This document shows, in pieces, positions 43,452 through 54,160 of a DNA stretch of 64,000 bases (the stretch's first letter is position 1; each line of letters starts with the position of its first letter). This stretch comes from Gammaproteobacteria bacterium (GTDB lineage: Bacteria > Pseudomonadota > Gammaproteobacteria > Pseudomonadales > Pseudohongiellaceae), in NCBI GenBank assembly GCA_028818225.1, contig JAPPOG010000003.1:24572-88571 (forward strand), read 5' to 3'. Under the pieces are notes generated by a model. The model was not told the origin of the DNA and did no database searches. It saw only the letters and a list, made by a program, of their open reading frames with translations. Both the position numbers and the translations under genes were made by a program.

Positions 43452-44642
43452 CTATTTATTAACCCGATATTGTTCGAGTACCGACTCATTGAGTTCGGCC
43501 CCAATTCCGGGGCTGGTCGGCACAAGCAGGTCGCCCTCTTCCCATACAAGTGGCTCCTTTAAAATTTCGTTAAAGAAACCATCTGATTTTCCAATGCTCT
43601 CCTGAATCAGGAAGTTTGGAATACAGGCATCAATCTGCAGTGCCGCAGCAGTGATGATGGGGCCACCCCAAACATGGGGCGCCATTAATACGTAGTAAGT
43701 TTCCGCCAGCGCTGCAATTTTCTTAACAGCTGTAATACCGCCGGCGCTGCCCATATCAGGTTGAGCAATGGCGCAGGCACCTGCAGCGAATAATCGCTGA
43801 AATTCATGGGGAGTGACCAAGCGTTCTCCGGTTGAAACGGGAATGCTGGTAGCCGCTGCCACGCGCGCCATCTCTTCGCAGTTTTCCGGCGGGCAGGGTT
43901 CTTCCAACCATAATGGATCATAAGCTTCGATGCGTTTAGCGAATCGAATTGCAGCCGACGGCGTTATCTGCCCATGAGTACCTATTAGAATATCTGCTTT
44001 ATCGCCGATTGCTTCTCTCACTGCGGCGACAGTTCGCTCGGCCATGCCAAGTTCGCTTTGCGGCAAGTCCCATGGCATTTGAATGTCTAGTTTTTCTTTA
44101 TTTTGAATCAGCGGATCAAACTTTAATCCAGTAAAACCCTGCTCTACATATTCTGCTGCCAGTTCACCGAGCCTCTCCGGATTCGCTGTCCAGGCAACGG
44201 CAGTTGCTCGCAAGCTGGTTTGGTCAGAATCATCGTAGATATAAGTGTAAGTCCGAATACGGTCGCGACACGTACCTCCAAGCAAATTGTAAACGGGGGT
44301 ATTGAAGTACTTGCCGCAAATATCCCAGAGTGCGGTATCGAACGCACTGATTAATCCGAAGGTAAAATAGTCAGGATGTAATTGAGTGAGCTTACGATAT
44401 AGATTGTGATAAAGGCGTTCTCTATCGAGCGCTTCTTCACCTTTGAGATGAGTGTTAAATATGTCCTGAACCAATGCTTCGTAGCCCTTTTCCAAACCAT
44501 AAAAAGAAGCAAGAACGGCGGTCTCCCCCCAACCTTCCAAACCGTCTTCAGTTTCGAGTTTCAGAAAGTACCAGCGTAACCCTCCCTTATGGGGTGGCGC
44601 CGTCTCAATCGCAAAAGCCCTGACATTGCTTAGTTTTGGCAT
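43452..44642 (-). CDS. Enolase-superfamily enzyme (mandelate racemase/muconate-lactonizing family; acid-sugar dehydratase-like)
   Basis: 'GLEGWGE', 'GLKFDPL', 'DPLWLEEPCPP' and 'PVSTGERL' give the metal-ligand contexts. ATG 44642 has AGGAGG upstream. The track start 44729 adds 29 unlikely residues. Confidence 0.85.
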   Translation of the reverse strand: MPKLSNVRAFAIETAPPHKGGLRWYFLKLETEDGLEGWGETAVLASFYGLEKGYEALVQDIFNTHLKGEEALDRERLYHNLYRKLTQLHPDYFTFGLISAFDTALWDICGKYFNTPVYNLLGGTCRDRIRTYTYIYDDSDQTSLRATAVAWTANPERLGELAAEYVEQGFTGLKFDPLIQNKEKLDIQMPWDLPQSELGMAERTVAAVREAIGDKADILIGTHGQITPSAAIRFAKRIEAYDPLWLEEPCPPENCEEMARVAAATSIPVSTGERLVTPHEFQRLFAAGACAIAQPDMGSAGGITAVKKIAALAETYYVLMAPHVWGGPIITAAALQIDACIPNFLIQESIGKSDGFFNEILKEPLVWEEGDLLVPTSPGIGAELNESVLEQYRVNK

Positions 44643-44859
44643 TTTTATCCTCCTGAAGACAAACTGCTTAATCCGGTATTGCCAGCCAGGCTGCACACAA
44701 GTATTCAGTATAGTTATACCGAAATGCATGCCGACTCAAACCCTGGTAACTGGATTGGGTCTCTACTGGCTGCGTTGCCGTTGGCTTGCCTATTATAGCT
44801 ATGCTTTAATAGGAAATTCAGCTACAAGTTAACGAACTCGATTGCAGGAGGACAGTCTT

Positions 44860-45933
44860 TTGACTCTGCGTTACGGCATTATTGGTACCGGCATGATGGG
44901 CTGCGAACATATTCGGAATCTGGTCGGCATCGATGACATTGCAATCGTTGCCATCGCAGATCCCAACGAAGAACCTCGAGAGTGGGCACTTAAGGCTTGT
45001 GGAGATCGCTTCTCGCCACGGGTTCACGCAGACTACCAGGACATTCTCGGCGCCGATGATATCGATGCGCTTGTTATCGCTTCTCCGAACTATACCCACA
45101 TTGATGTGATGCGCGACGTGTTCAAAACCGACAAGCATGTGATGCTGGAAAAGCCCATGTGCACGACCCTTGAAGACGCGATCGAACTGGACGCTTCCGC
45201 CCAATCCCATAAAGGCTTAGTCTGGGTGGGACTGGAGTATCGCTACATCTCCACCATCAGTTCTTTAATCCAGCATTTGCCCGAAGTAGGCGAAGTGAAG
45301 ATGTGTGCCATTCGTGAGCATCGCTTTCCTTTTCTAAAAAAGGTGGGTGACTGGAACCGATTTAATCGTAACACCGGCGGTACTCTGGTAGAAAAGTGCT
45401 GCCACTTTTTCGATCTGATGAACCAGGTTGTTCCCGGGAATCCAAAAAGAGTGCTGGCCTCCGGAGCACAATCCGTTAATCACCTCGACGAAGAATATAA
45501 TGGCGAAGTGCCAGACATTCTTGATAACGCTTATGTCATTGTAGAATACGACAGCGGCGCCCGAGCAATGCTGGACCTTTGTATGTTTGCAGAAGGGTCT
45601 CGTCACGAGCAGAATATTGCAGTCACTGGCGATGTCGGAAAAGTGGAAACCACAGTTCCTGGCGATGAGCTATACATCAGTAAGCGTGACAAAGGATTTA
45701 GAAGCAAAGGTGAAGCTGTACCGATCACACTTGATCCAAGGGTGAAGCATACTGGCATGCATCATGGTTCAAGTTTTCTCGAACACATAGAATTTATTGA
45801 AGCAATTAAAGATGGTACACCTGCAAAAGTGACTACCCATGACGGACTCATGTCGGTACTGGTAGGCTTGGCCGGCCAGCAAGCGATTGAATCTGGTGAA
45901 CCAGTAGATATCGCTTCACTTTTGCATCAATAG
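44860..45933 (+). CDS. Gfo/Idh/MocA-family NAD(P)-dependent oxidoreductase
   Basis: 'RYGIIGTGMMGCEHIRN' Rossmann start and the 'MLEKPM' motif. TTG 44860 lies 8 nt after AGGAGG (44846-44851). Confidence 0.85.
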   Translation: MTLRYGIIGTGMMGCEHIRNLVGIDDIAIVAIADPNEEPREWALKACGDRFSPRVHADYQDILGADDIDALVIASPNYTHIDVMRDVFKTDKHVMLEKPMCTTLEDAIELDASAQSHKGLVWVGLEYRYISTISSLIQHLPEVGEVKMCAIREHRFPFLKKVGDWNRFNRNTGGTLVEKCCHFFDLMNQVVPGNPKRVLASGAQSVNHLDEEYNGEVPDILDNAYVIVEYDSGARAMLDLCMFAEGSRHEQNIAVTGDVGKVETTVPGDELYISKRDKGFRSKGEAVPITLDPRVKHTGMHHGSSFLEHIEFIEAIKDGTPAKVTTHDGLMSVLVGLAGQQAIESGEPVDIASLLHQ

Positions 45934-45952
45934 GGCGTTTAAAAGGACATAC

Positions 45953-46921
45953 ATGGCATTCGAATCAATTAAAGATATACCCGCTGTCGGTTTTGGGCTC
46001 TGGAAAATCGGGCCCGAAATTTGTGAAGACACCGTGTATGAAGCGATCAAATGCGGTTATAGGCATCTCGATGCTGCCTGTGATTATGGCAATGAAGTAG
46101 AAGTTGGTCGAGGCATTCAGAGAGCATTAGCCGATGGAATTTGTACCCGGGAAGAGTTATGGGTGACTTCGAAACTATGGAACACCTATCACCGTGCTGA
46201 ACATGTCACTCCTGCCCTGGATCGCACACTTAATGATTTGCAATTAGAGTACCTTGATCTCTACCTCATTCACTTTCCGATTGCGCTGGAGTTTGTCCCT
46301 TTCGAAACTCGTTATCCTCCTGAATGGTTCTTTGATCCCGACACTTCCGATCCATGTATGAAACCATCGCGGGTGCCCCTGTCTGATACCTGGCACTCCA
46401 TGGAAAAATTAAAAGCAGAAGGAAAAGCCAAGCACATCGGCGTGTGCAATTACTCCAGTGGCTTACTCCATGACCTGATGAACTATTGCACGACTCCGCC
46501 GGAACTTTTGCAGATTGAATCCCATCCATACCTTACGCAAGAGAAATTGGTTCGCCTCGCCAAGCAGTATGGACTGGAAGTGACTGCATTCTCTCCACTC
46601 GGCTCCCTGTCCTATGTGGAACTGGACATGGCGAGTCAGGATGAGTCAATTCTCGAACAGGCGGTTGTACAGGAAATCGCTTCCAGATTGGAATGCTCTG
46701 CAGCACAGGTAGTACTGGCCTGGGGAGTGCAGCGCGGCACTTCTGTTGTGGTCAAGAGTATGAACCCAGAGCGTATGGAACAAAATCTCGCAGCTGCTGA
46801 AATCGAACTTAGCGAAAATGATATACAAGCTATTTCAGCATTAAATCAAAACCGCAGATACAATGACCCTGGTGTCTTTTGTGAAGGCGCATTTAATACA
46901 TTTCATCCAATCTATGACTGA
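45953..46921 (+). CDS. Aldo/keto reductase
   Basis: 'GYRHLDAACDYGNE', 'LWVTSKLWNT', 'LDLYLIHFP' and 'IESHPYL' are AKR signature segments. Confidence 0.9.
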   Translation: MAFESIKDIPAVGFGLWKIGPEICEDTVYEAIKCGYRHLDAACDYGNEVEVGRGIQRALADGICTREELWVTSKLWNTYHRAEHVTPALDRTLNDLQLEYLDLYLIHFPIALEFVPFETRYPPEWFFDPDTSDPCMKPSRVPLSDTWHSMEKLKAEGKAKHIGVCNYSSGLLHDLMNYCTTPPELLQIESHPYLTQEKLVRLAKQYGLEVTAFSPLGSLSYVELDMASQDESILEQAVVQEIASRLECSAAQVVLAWGVQRGTSVVVKSMNPERMEQNLAAAEIELSENDIQAISALNQNRRYNDPGVFCEGAFNTFHPIYD

Positions 46922-47858
46922 AACAAATTTTCCAATAATTGAATCCAATGACAGCGGCATAAAAGATATGCCTGGTGTATTGAATTGGCTTTCTCATAAT
47001 ACCGATACATATAAAGACCAACTAGCTTCTGCTGGTGCAATCCTGTTTCGCGGTTTTCCTGTAAACACTGCCAATGACTTTGATGCCTTTAGTGCTGCCT
47101 TCAATTACCAGGATTTCACTTACGAAGAATCTTTATCCAATGCGGTCCGTATTAATTTTACGCCAAGAGTATTTACCGCGAATGAAGCGCCGCCTGAAGT
47201 TGAAATTTTCCTGCATCACGAAATGGCGCAAACACCAATCTCGCCGGAAAAGATTTTTATATGCTGTCTGAGTGCGGCTGAGTCTGGAGGGGAAACGCCG
47301 ATCTGCCGTTCTGATCTCTTGTATGCCGCCTTCAAAGAAAAATTTCCTGACTGGGCGGATCAATTTAAGTCTTTAGGTCTAAAATACCGGCTGCGTATGC
47401 CCGAGCAAGAAGATCTGTCATCAGGTCAGGGGCGCAGTTGGCATAGCACTCTGAATGTAGCTTCAAGGGAAGAAGCAGAAGAAAAACTGCGCGAGCTTGG
47501 CTACAGCTGGCAGTGGCAAGAAGACAATTCGTTGATAACCACGACGCCGGTACTGCAGGCAGTAAAACAATTGCCGGATGGCTCGGAGTCCTTTTACAAC
47601 CAGGTACTAGCGGTTCATCTCGGTTGGCAGAAGGTTGGTGGCGGTGTCGGCAATGCGCTGACCTTTGGCAACGACGAAGCTATCCCTGAAGAAGCGCTCA
47701 GGGAGTTAGCCAAGCTGGCGCAAGAGTACACGATTCCGCTGGACTGGCAGGATGGAGACGTTGCGCTGGTAGATAACCATCGTGTGATGCATGGACGGTA
47801 TCCATTTAGCGGGTCACGCAAACGCCAGGTGGTAGTTTGTTTAGCCAGGGATGTCTAA
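46914..47858 (+). CDS. TauD/TfdA-family Fe(II)/2-oxoglutarate dioxygenase
   Basis: 'GAILFRGFPVN', 'FLHHEMAQ' (H-x-E) and 'VDNHRVMHGR'. ATG 46914 overlaps the AKR stop (ATGACTGA). Confidence 0.8.
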   Translation: MTETNFPIIESNDSGIKDMPGVLNWLSHNTDTYKDQLASAGAILFRGFPVNTANDFDAFSAAFNYQDFTYEESLSNAVRINFTPRVFTANEAPPEVEIFLHHEMAQTPISPEKIFICCLSAAESGGETPICRSDLLYAAFKEKFPDWADQFKSLGLKYRLRMPEQEDLSSGQGRSWHSTLNVASREEAEEKLRELGYSWQWQEDNSLITTTPVLQAVKQLPDGSESFYNQVLAVHLGWQKVGGGVGNALTFGNDEAIPEEALRELAKLAQEYTIPLDWQDGDVALVDNHRVMHGRYPFSGSRKRQVVVCLARDV

Positions 47859-47878
47859 CTACTACCTTCACTAGTGCG

Positions 47879-48865
47879 TTAAGCAGCACTTTGCTTGGCA
47901 ACAATCCTGTCAATCAAGCTATCTAATTTCTTATCTGGTCTGTAGTCGTCCGCCATTAGTTGTTTGCTATACCCGGAAGCTTTTGCCAGGCCAGTTTCTA
48001 AACTAATCGTGCAATGCCAGTCACCAATCAGGGTTTTTAACTTACTGTTATCAAAAACCAGTGAGTTGGCTTTATCGCCTTTTAGTGGTCCGCGCCAGAG
48101 CTCACTGTATTCGATTAATGTATCCGTAGGCACATGAACCGGGCAAATGGAATGGCCCAGAGCCATACTTACCTGCTTCACAATCTGATTCCACGAATAG
48201 GCGTTATCGTTGGTGATGTGAAAGTCTTCACCGATTGCCCCTGCATTACCAAAAAGTTCAACAAAGGCGCGGGCAAAGTCATCGGCGTGAGTCAGTGTCC
48301 ACAATGACTCGCCATTGTCATGCACGATAATCGGCCTATCATGCAAAATGCGCCAGGCCATGTGATCCCCGGGAAAACAGGTTCCAGGCAGGCGTTTACG
48401 ATAGGTATGGCTGGGACGAATGATGGTGACCGGAAACTGCTTGTCGGCATGGGCGCGCCATAATAATGCTTCGCATTCCGCCTTGATGCGGCTGTATTCC
48501 CAGAATGGATTATTTAGGGGGGTCTCTTCTGTTATGACTCCTTTGTGCCATGGTTTTTGATAAGCCGATGCGGTAGAAATAAAAATATATTGATTACAGT
48601 TGCCTGCAAACGAATCGATGTCGCGCTTTACCGTGCTTGTGTCGTAGGCAATGAACTGGCATACGGTATCGAAGTGCCGCGAGGCAAGCGCTGAATATTG
48701 TGCTTCATTGGCAATATCGCCAATTATTAATTCAACGCCTGAGGGTAAAACCTCTCTGCTGTTGCCGCGGTTAAATACGCTTACCTGGTGCCCTGCTCTG
48801 ACAGAAGCTTCTGCACAGGCGAAAGAGATTTCACCGGTGCCTCCTACAAAAAGCACTTTGGCCAT
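47879..48865 (-). CDS. NAD-dependent epimerase/dehydratase (extended SDR)
   Basis: 'VLFVGGTGEISFA' glycine-rich start. 328 aa, with a typical extended-SDR layout. Confidence 0.8.
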   Translation of the reverse strand: MAKVLFVGGTGEISFACAEASVRAGHQVSVFNRGNSREVLPSGVELIIGDIANEAQYSALASRHFDTVCQFIAYDTSTVKRDIDSFAGNCNQYIFISTASAYQKPWHKGVITEETPLNNPFWEYSRIKAECEALLWRAHADKQFPVTIIRPSHTYRKRLPGTCFPGDHMAWRILHDRPIIVHDNGESLWTLTHADDFARAFVELFGNAGAIGEDFHITNDNAYSWNQIVKQVSMALGHSICPVHVPTDTLIEYSELWRGPLKGDKANSLVFDNSKLKTLIGDWHCTISLETGLAKASGYSKQLMADDYRPDKKLDSLIDRIVAKQSAA

Positions 48866-48870
48866 GGAAG

Positions 48871-49869
48871 TTACTCTTCGATGCCGACGCGTGCACCACC
48901 CCTGGAATGGGCATCCACCAGATGATTCACCTCTTCATCAACGAATTTCACATTGCGGTTCACGCCATGAAGGGAATCCGTTGCGAATGCCAGGCGGGCG
49001 CTTGCATGAAAGACCAGGCGTCCGTCCCCAACGCCACCCTCATCCAGTAACTTCAGAGCAGGATTACTAATAATCTGTTCGCTATCTTCAGCGGAAATAT
49101 CATGGACAAGCCGGCCACGCCAGTGATTGGCTAGCGCTGAATGATAAGTAAGGCCAAGCATCGCACGAGGTTTATCGGAATGATTCGGTACCCCGCGGTG
49201 CCACATGCGGGGATCTCGAAAACAAACTGCACCGGCAGGAATTTCCATTCTCCCGGGTGGGCCCCAGGCCGCCAACAAATCGGGTCGATCTTTAAGACGA
49301 TTGCTAGTCCAGGTAGCTACTTCCGTTTCCCGCTGGGAACCGGGATAAATCTCCGTTGCGCCGGTTTCCTCAGTAATTTCAGCCAGGGCTACGGAACAGG
49401 AAAGCGTCGTCGTGGGTGGTGGCCAGGACTGACCATGTGCCTCGGCTTCTTCTGGTGTTCTCCAGGAATAGGGGCGATCGAAATGTAATGGCTGACTGGT
49501 GCTGCCAGGGCAGTTCACATTGCCATTGTAAAAACCAAGCCAGGCACCATCGCCAAGAACTTCTTCAACAACGCTTTCAATAAGGGGATTGGCTGCCAGA
49601 TCCGCCCGAACATAGGGAGCATAGCGACGGAGTCCTAATTGCAGATGTCCCACACCGGTGTGCTGTTCGTGGGGAGTTAACTCCCCATCAGCACGGACAA
49701 TATCGACATCTTCAAGAATAGTTGGAAGTAGCAATTCCCTTGTTTCTTCAGAAACAAGGTTGCTAACCAGGGCGTAGCCGGTGGTGAGGATTGCCTCATG
49801 AATCTCCGCAAGAATTTCTTTTGGCAGTGTGCCTGCTTCATGATCTGCCCTTGTTGCGATGTAGTGCAC
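48871..49869 (-). CDS. Phytanoyl-CoA dioxygenase (PhyH)-family Fe(II)/2-oxoglutarate oxygenase
   Basis: 'QPLHFDRPY' (H-x-D) and 'RMWHRGVPNHS'. GTG start with AGGAG 9 nt upstream. Ends 5 nt before the SDR gene. Confidence 0.75.
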   Translation of the reverse strand: MHYIATRADHEAGTLPKEILAEIHEAILTTGYALVSNLVSEETRELLLPTILEDVDIVRADGELTPHEQHTGVGHLQLGLRRYAPYVRADLAANPLIESVVEEVLGDGAWLGFYNGNVNCPGSTSQPLHFDRPYSWRTPEEAEAHGQSWPPPTTTLSCSVALAEITEETGATEIYPGSQRETEVATWTSNRLKDRPDLLAAWGPPGRMEIPAGAVCFRDPRMWHRGVPNHSDKPRAMLGLTYHSALANHWRGRLVHDISAEDSEQIISNPALKLLDEGGVGDGRLVFHASARLAFATDSLHGVNRNVKFVDEEVNHLVDAHSRGGARVGIEE

Positions 49870-49997
49870 TACCTATTACTCCTGCAATCTTCGAATTTAG
49901 TCGCCAGGTCTTTCTTCTTTATAGATGGCGTACTCTCAAAATTTATTTTAGTTGAGCTATAACAATAGAATAATAAAGCTTAGGGGCAAAAGCCACA

Positions 49998-50603
49998 CTA
50001 TTTGGCGCTATGAGATTGGAATCCCTGCTGGATGAATTTCATGGCGGTTGCAATGGCTTCTTCCCTACCCAGATTGTTATCGTGGGCGAATTGCGCTGCT
50101 GCTATAGACGATGCTGACGCCATACGCACCAGCATGGCGGCTTTCTTCCGTTTGATACCGAGATCATCCGCGACAGCATTAACGAGGAGTTTCCTTCGTT
50201 GTTTATGATGTTCTTGCTGACGCGCTTCAACGGCTGTGGCGATATGGGGTTCGGCAAGCAACATGTCCATTACAATATCTTCATCGTGATGGTCATAGTT
50301 ACGAGCCACGAATACCCGACAAACTTCCTCGAGGGTAATGGCCTTAGCCAATGAATTCTTGATTGCATCTAAATAAGAATCATATTCCCTGATCAGTAGC
50401 TGCCGTAACAGATCCTCGCCAGAGGAGAAGTAGTGAAAAAGAAGCGGTTCACTAATCCCAGCCATGGCAACCAGTTTTTTCAGGGAAAACTTCTGCAAGC
50501 CGTCACTGGCTATAACCTTTTTGGCTACATCCAGTATTTGCTTGCGACGGGCCTCTGGCGACAGTCGAGTGCGTTTTTGCAGAATGTTAGTAGCGCTGTT
50601 CAT
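49998..50603 (-). CDS. TetR/AcrR-family transcriptional regulator
   Basis: 'ILDVAKKVIASDGLQKFSLKKLVAMAGISEPLLFHYF' HTH. Divergent from the VOC/ABC operon. Confidence 0.9.
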   Translation of the reverse strand: MNSATNILQKRTRLSPEARRKQILDVAKKVIASDGLQKFSLKKLVAMAGISEPLLFHYFSSGEDLLRQLLIREYDSYLDAIKNSLAKAITLEEVCRVFVARNYDHHDEDIVMDMLLAEPHIATAVEARQQEHHKQRRKLLVNAVADDLGIKRKKAAMLVRMASASSIAAAQFAHDNNLGREEAIATAMKFIQQGFQSHSAK

Positions 50604-50786
50604 GGAAATATTAGTACTTCTACAGTGCTTTATTTAAGCAGTTACGGGGGCAGGCGGCACAGTGGCCATCTGCTTGTTATTTTTGTACAGGTATAATAAC
50701 GTGCTTTGCCATGCATACAATGCTTAGAGCTACCAAAGTGGGCTGATTTCAAGCTGCCATGACAAGAAAAAGAGGATGCTCAAGGA

Positions 50787-51227
50787 ATGACTCAGGCACC
50801 AAACCCTGCAACTCTGCTTGGCCAGGACCATGTAGTTTTAGTTGTTGCTGATATTGAATCGGCCATAGCGAACTGGAGAGATCAGTTCGGCCTGCCGCTG
50901 CAGTATGAAGTCACCCATGAGGAACAGGGTATTAGTCAGGCTTTTTTCCCTTTGGCTGATGGCACCTTCATGGAGCTAATTGCTCCAACCAGCAGCGAAT
51001 CCCGCGTTGCGGAAATTCTCAGAGAGAAGGGTGAAGGTATTCATGTGCTGGCAATGCAAGTTGATGACCTGGATTCCTCGGTGAACTCGCTACAGGAAAA
51101 AGGGGTCGAGCTAATCGGTGCTGGCACAGACCGGGTTTTTATTCACCCCGATTCGGCAAACGGTGTCATGATTCAGTTATGGCCAAAAGATCGACCCCAT
51201 CGCTGGCGAGATGGAAACAATGCCTGA
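50787..51227 (+). CDS. VOC-family protein, methylmalonyl-CoA-epimerase-like
   Basis: 'DHVVLVVADIESAIANWRDQFGL', 'GTFMELIAP' and 'GEGIHVLAMQVDDLD...GVELIG'. Confidence 0.8.
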   Translation: MTQAPNPATLLGQDHVVLVVADIESAIANWRDQFGLPLQYEVTHEEQGISQAFFPLADGTFMELIAPTSSESRVAEILREKGEGIHVLAMQVDDLDSSVNSLQEKGVELIGAGTDRVFIHPDSANGVMIQLWPKDRPHRWRDGNNA

Positions 51228-51255
51228 ACCGTTGATTGCTTTTACGCGAAGTATC

Positions 51256-53154
51256 ATGAGCAAGCTGGCGCTGCTGCTTTGCATACTCCAAAGCATTTTT
51301 GTTTATGCCGCTGACTATCCAGAACTCTGGCTTGAACCAGCGCGCAGTGCTGCTCAGCTTGGCATTGCTACTTTCACCCAAAGCCCATTTCTGGAAGAAC
51401 AGAACCTGCCACCCGTTGCGGAAAGATTGCCAGACAATCCTCCTGTCATCTTACCACTGGATGATATTGGCACTTACGGTGGCACCGCCTACATTATCGC
51501 CGATGACATTCCGATGTTCTTCTCCCATGAAGGGCTGGTCACGATTGCGCCAGACCTCAAAACCATTCTGCCTAACCTGGCGGAATCTTTTTCTTATAGT
51601 GACGATGGTCGCGAGCTAACCCTCAGGTTGCGCGCAGGATTAAAGTGGTCTGATGGGCACCCTCTCACTGCCGAAGACTTTTTATTCACTGTAAACGAAC
51701 TACAACTCAATACTGAATTTTTACCGGTTACCTTTCGTGATTTTGTTGGTGTGGAGTTACGCGCACTGGATGAACTGACATTAGTGTTCAGTTTTGAGAA
51801 TCCAAATCCATTTTTTGTAAACTACATGGCGCAATCGCCAGACTTGTTTATGCTGCCCAAGCATTACTTCCAGGATTTTCACCCGAACTATACAGATAGG
51901 GAAGTAATTGGCGAACGCATGGAGGAGATGGGATTCAGTAACTGGTCCGCTTTCATTTTTACCAGTATGCAACAGCGGCGATTCCCGGATCTGGTTAATC
52001 AACCCACCATGCGAGCATACAAAGCTGAGAGTCTGACACCAGGCCTTTTTACCTATAAGCGCAATCCCTACTACTTCAAGATTGATCCCGCTGGCCAGCA
52101 ACTACCTTACATCGATACCATCGAAGCGCAGGATATTAGAGACAATGCAGTCGCTACGGGGCAGGCATCGACCGGTCAATTGGATTTTTCTGGTGTTCGT
52201 ATGCAGACGTCAGAAATACCACTGTTAAAATTAGGCGAACGCAACAGCGGTATTAAAGTCAGCATATGGAATCGAATACATGGCAGCGATTTATCCATCC
52301 AGGCCAATCTAAACTATGCCGACGAGAAGAAACGCAAACTTTTTGAAGATGTCAGATTCCGCCGTGCGCTATCCATTGCCATAGATCGCGACGAGATGAA
52401 TGAAATAATTTATTTTGGCCGCGGCACACCCCGACAGGTCACAGTTCTTCCCAATAGCGATTATTTCGAACCCGAATTTGCCAGCGCCTATACCCAATAT
52501 GATCCTGCGGCCGCCAATGCACTGCTGGACGAAATGGGTCTGATTGATGTAAACGAAGATGGCTTTCGTGAGTTTGCGGATGGCAGCCAGCTGACTTTTG
52601 CCCTTGAGTTTGTGGAAACAGAGACCCCTAAACAGGTGTCCATGGAACTGGTTACCAGCTACTGGAATGCCGTTGGTGTCGATATAAGGATGCGCATCAT
52701 CGATCGCAACCTGCAATATGCCCGTGCTATTGCTGGCGAATTTGAAATGACTCTGTGGCACGCGGATAGAACCACCGACATCCTCTTCCCAATCAATCCT
52801 GACTTCTGGGTACCGCGAAAACTCGCTGCCAGTTTAGCCCATTGGAGCGAATGGTCACGCTGGTATTTAACCGGCGGCGAACTGGGTGAAGAGCCGCCTC
52901 CAAACATCCGTCAGCTGCAAGCATGGGCCGATGAAATGAGCACTTCCATGGACCCGGCCCGCCGCGTTCAGCTTGGCAAGCAAATTCTCGCCGCCAATGC
53001 AGAAAACGTCTGGACTATTGGCACTATCGGCATGGCACCCCACCCGGTCGTCACTTCTGCGCGCTTAAAAAACGTAGTCGATACAGGCTTCTGGGGGTGG
53101 GACATCCGCTGGACCATGCCGTACCACCCTGCCACCTGGTATTTGGCCCAGTGA
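51256..53154 (+). CDS. ABC transporter substrate-binding protein, family 5 (peptide/opine/nickel type)
   Basis: About 630 aa with the signal 'MSKLALLLCILQSIFVYA'. Family-5 SBP architecture, followed by two permease and two ATPase genes. The alternative start ATG 51211 overlaps the VOC gene. Confidence 0.8.
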   Translation: MSKLALLLCILQSIFVYAADYPELWLEPARSAAQLGIATFTQSPFLEEQNLPPVAERLPDNPPVILPLDDIGTYGGTAYIIADDIPMFFSHEGLVTIAPDLKTILPNLAESFSYSDDGRELTLRLRAGLKWSDGHPLTAEDFLFTVNELQLNTEFLPVTFRDFVGVELRALDELTLVFSFENPNPFFVNYMAQSPDLFMLPKHYFQDFHPNYTDREVIGERMEEMGFSNWSAFIFTSMQQRRFPDLVNQPTMRAYKAESLTPGLFTYKRNPYYFKIDPAGQQLPYIDTIEAQDIRDNAVATGQASTGQLDFSGVRMQTSEIPLLKLGERNSGIKVSIWNRIHGSDLSIQANLNYADEKKRKLFEDVRFRRALSIAIDRDEMNEIIYFGRGTPRQVTVLPNSDYFEPEFASAYTQYDPAAANALLDEMGLIDVNEDGFREFADGSQLTFALEFVETETPKQVSMELVTSYWNAVGVDIRMRIIDRNLQYARAIAGEFEMTLWHADRTTDILFPINPDFWVPRKLAASLAHWSEWSRWYLTGGELGEEPPPNIRQLQAWADEMSTSMDPARRVQLGKQILAANAENVWTIGTIGMAPHPVVTSARLKNVVDTGFWGWDIRWTMPYHPATWYLAQ

Positions 53155-53170
53155 GCCAGAACACGATTCT

Positions 53171-54160
53171 ATGAAAAAGTATATTCTGCGTCGCGTGCTG
53201 GGCATGGTTCCCACCCTGGCTGTTATCTCAGTACTGGTCTTTATCGTTATCCAACTCCCTGAAGGGGATATTGTTACTTCTACTGTTGGTCAGTTAGAGG
53301 CTACCGGTGTCGATATGAGCGATGATCGTATCGAGAGCCTTCGTGCGCAGTACTACCTGGACCAGCCCTTACCTATTCAGTATTTGTACTGGATTGGAAA
53401 TTTCATAACGGGTGATATGGGATTTTCCTATCTCTATGCACAACCAGTGAATGAACTCGTGTGGGAACGATTAGGATACACCCTGCTTATTTCTATCGGT
53501 GCTCTGCTATTCACCTGGTTATTGGCATTGCCCATCGGTATTTATTCTGCAGTAAGGCAGTATTCAACTGCTGATTATGCGTTTACTACCGTAGGCCTGA
53601 TTGGTCTCGCCACACCAAACTTTCTTATCGCCTTGATTCTGATGTACCTGGGTTACAACTGGTTTGGCTTGAGTTTTGGTGGCCTGTTCTCTCCAGAATA
53701 CATTAATGCACCATGGAGTTGGGCACGTTTTACAGATTTGTTAGCTCACCTGTGGATTCCGGTGATCGTTATAGGGACATCCGGAATGGCTATTACCATG
53801 CGCCTGATGCGAGCCAATTTGCTTGATGAATTAGAAAAACCCTACGTGACGACGGCAAGAGCCAAGGGCGTACCACCACTGAAGTTACTCTTGAAGTACC
53901 CGGTTCGCATCGCCATCAATCCGTTTATCAGCACTATTGGTCTGCTCCTACCAACCCTGATTTCTGGTGAAGCAATTGTTGCAGTTGTACTTAACTTACC
54001 AACTACGGGCCCATTATTGATTCAATCGTTGATTACCCAGGACATGTACCTTGCTGGCAGTCTCATCATGTTACTTAGTGTACTTACTGTCATAGGAATG
54101 TTGTTATCAGATTTACTGCTCGCCTGGGTCGATCCAAGGATTCGTTATGAGCGAACTTAA
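53171..54160 (+). CDS. ABC transporter permease (DppB/OppB-like)
   Basis: 'MKKYILRRVLGMVPTLAVISVLVFIVIQL' is a typical DppB N-terminus. 6 TM. Also 'YVTTARAKG'. Confidence 0.9.
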   Translation: MKKYILRRVLGMVPTLAVISVLVFIVIQLPEGDIVTSTVGQLEATGVDMSDDRIESLRAQYYLDQPLPIQYLYWIGNFITGDMGFSYLYAQPVNELVWERLGYTLLISIGALLFTWLLALPIGIYSAVRQYSTADYAFTTVGLIGLATPNFLIALILMYLGYNWFGLSFGGLFSPEYINAPWSWARFTDLLAHLWIPVIVIGTSGMAITMRLMRANLLDELEKPYVTTARAKGVPPLKLLLKYPVRIAINPFISTIGLLLPTLISGEAIVAVVLNLPTTGPLLIQSLITQDMYLAGSLIMLLSVLTVIGMLLSDLLLAWVDPRIRYERT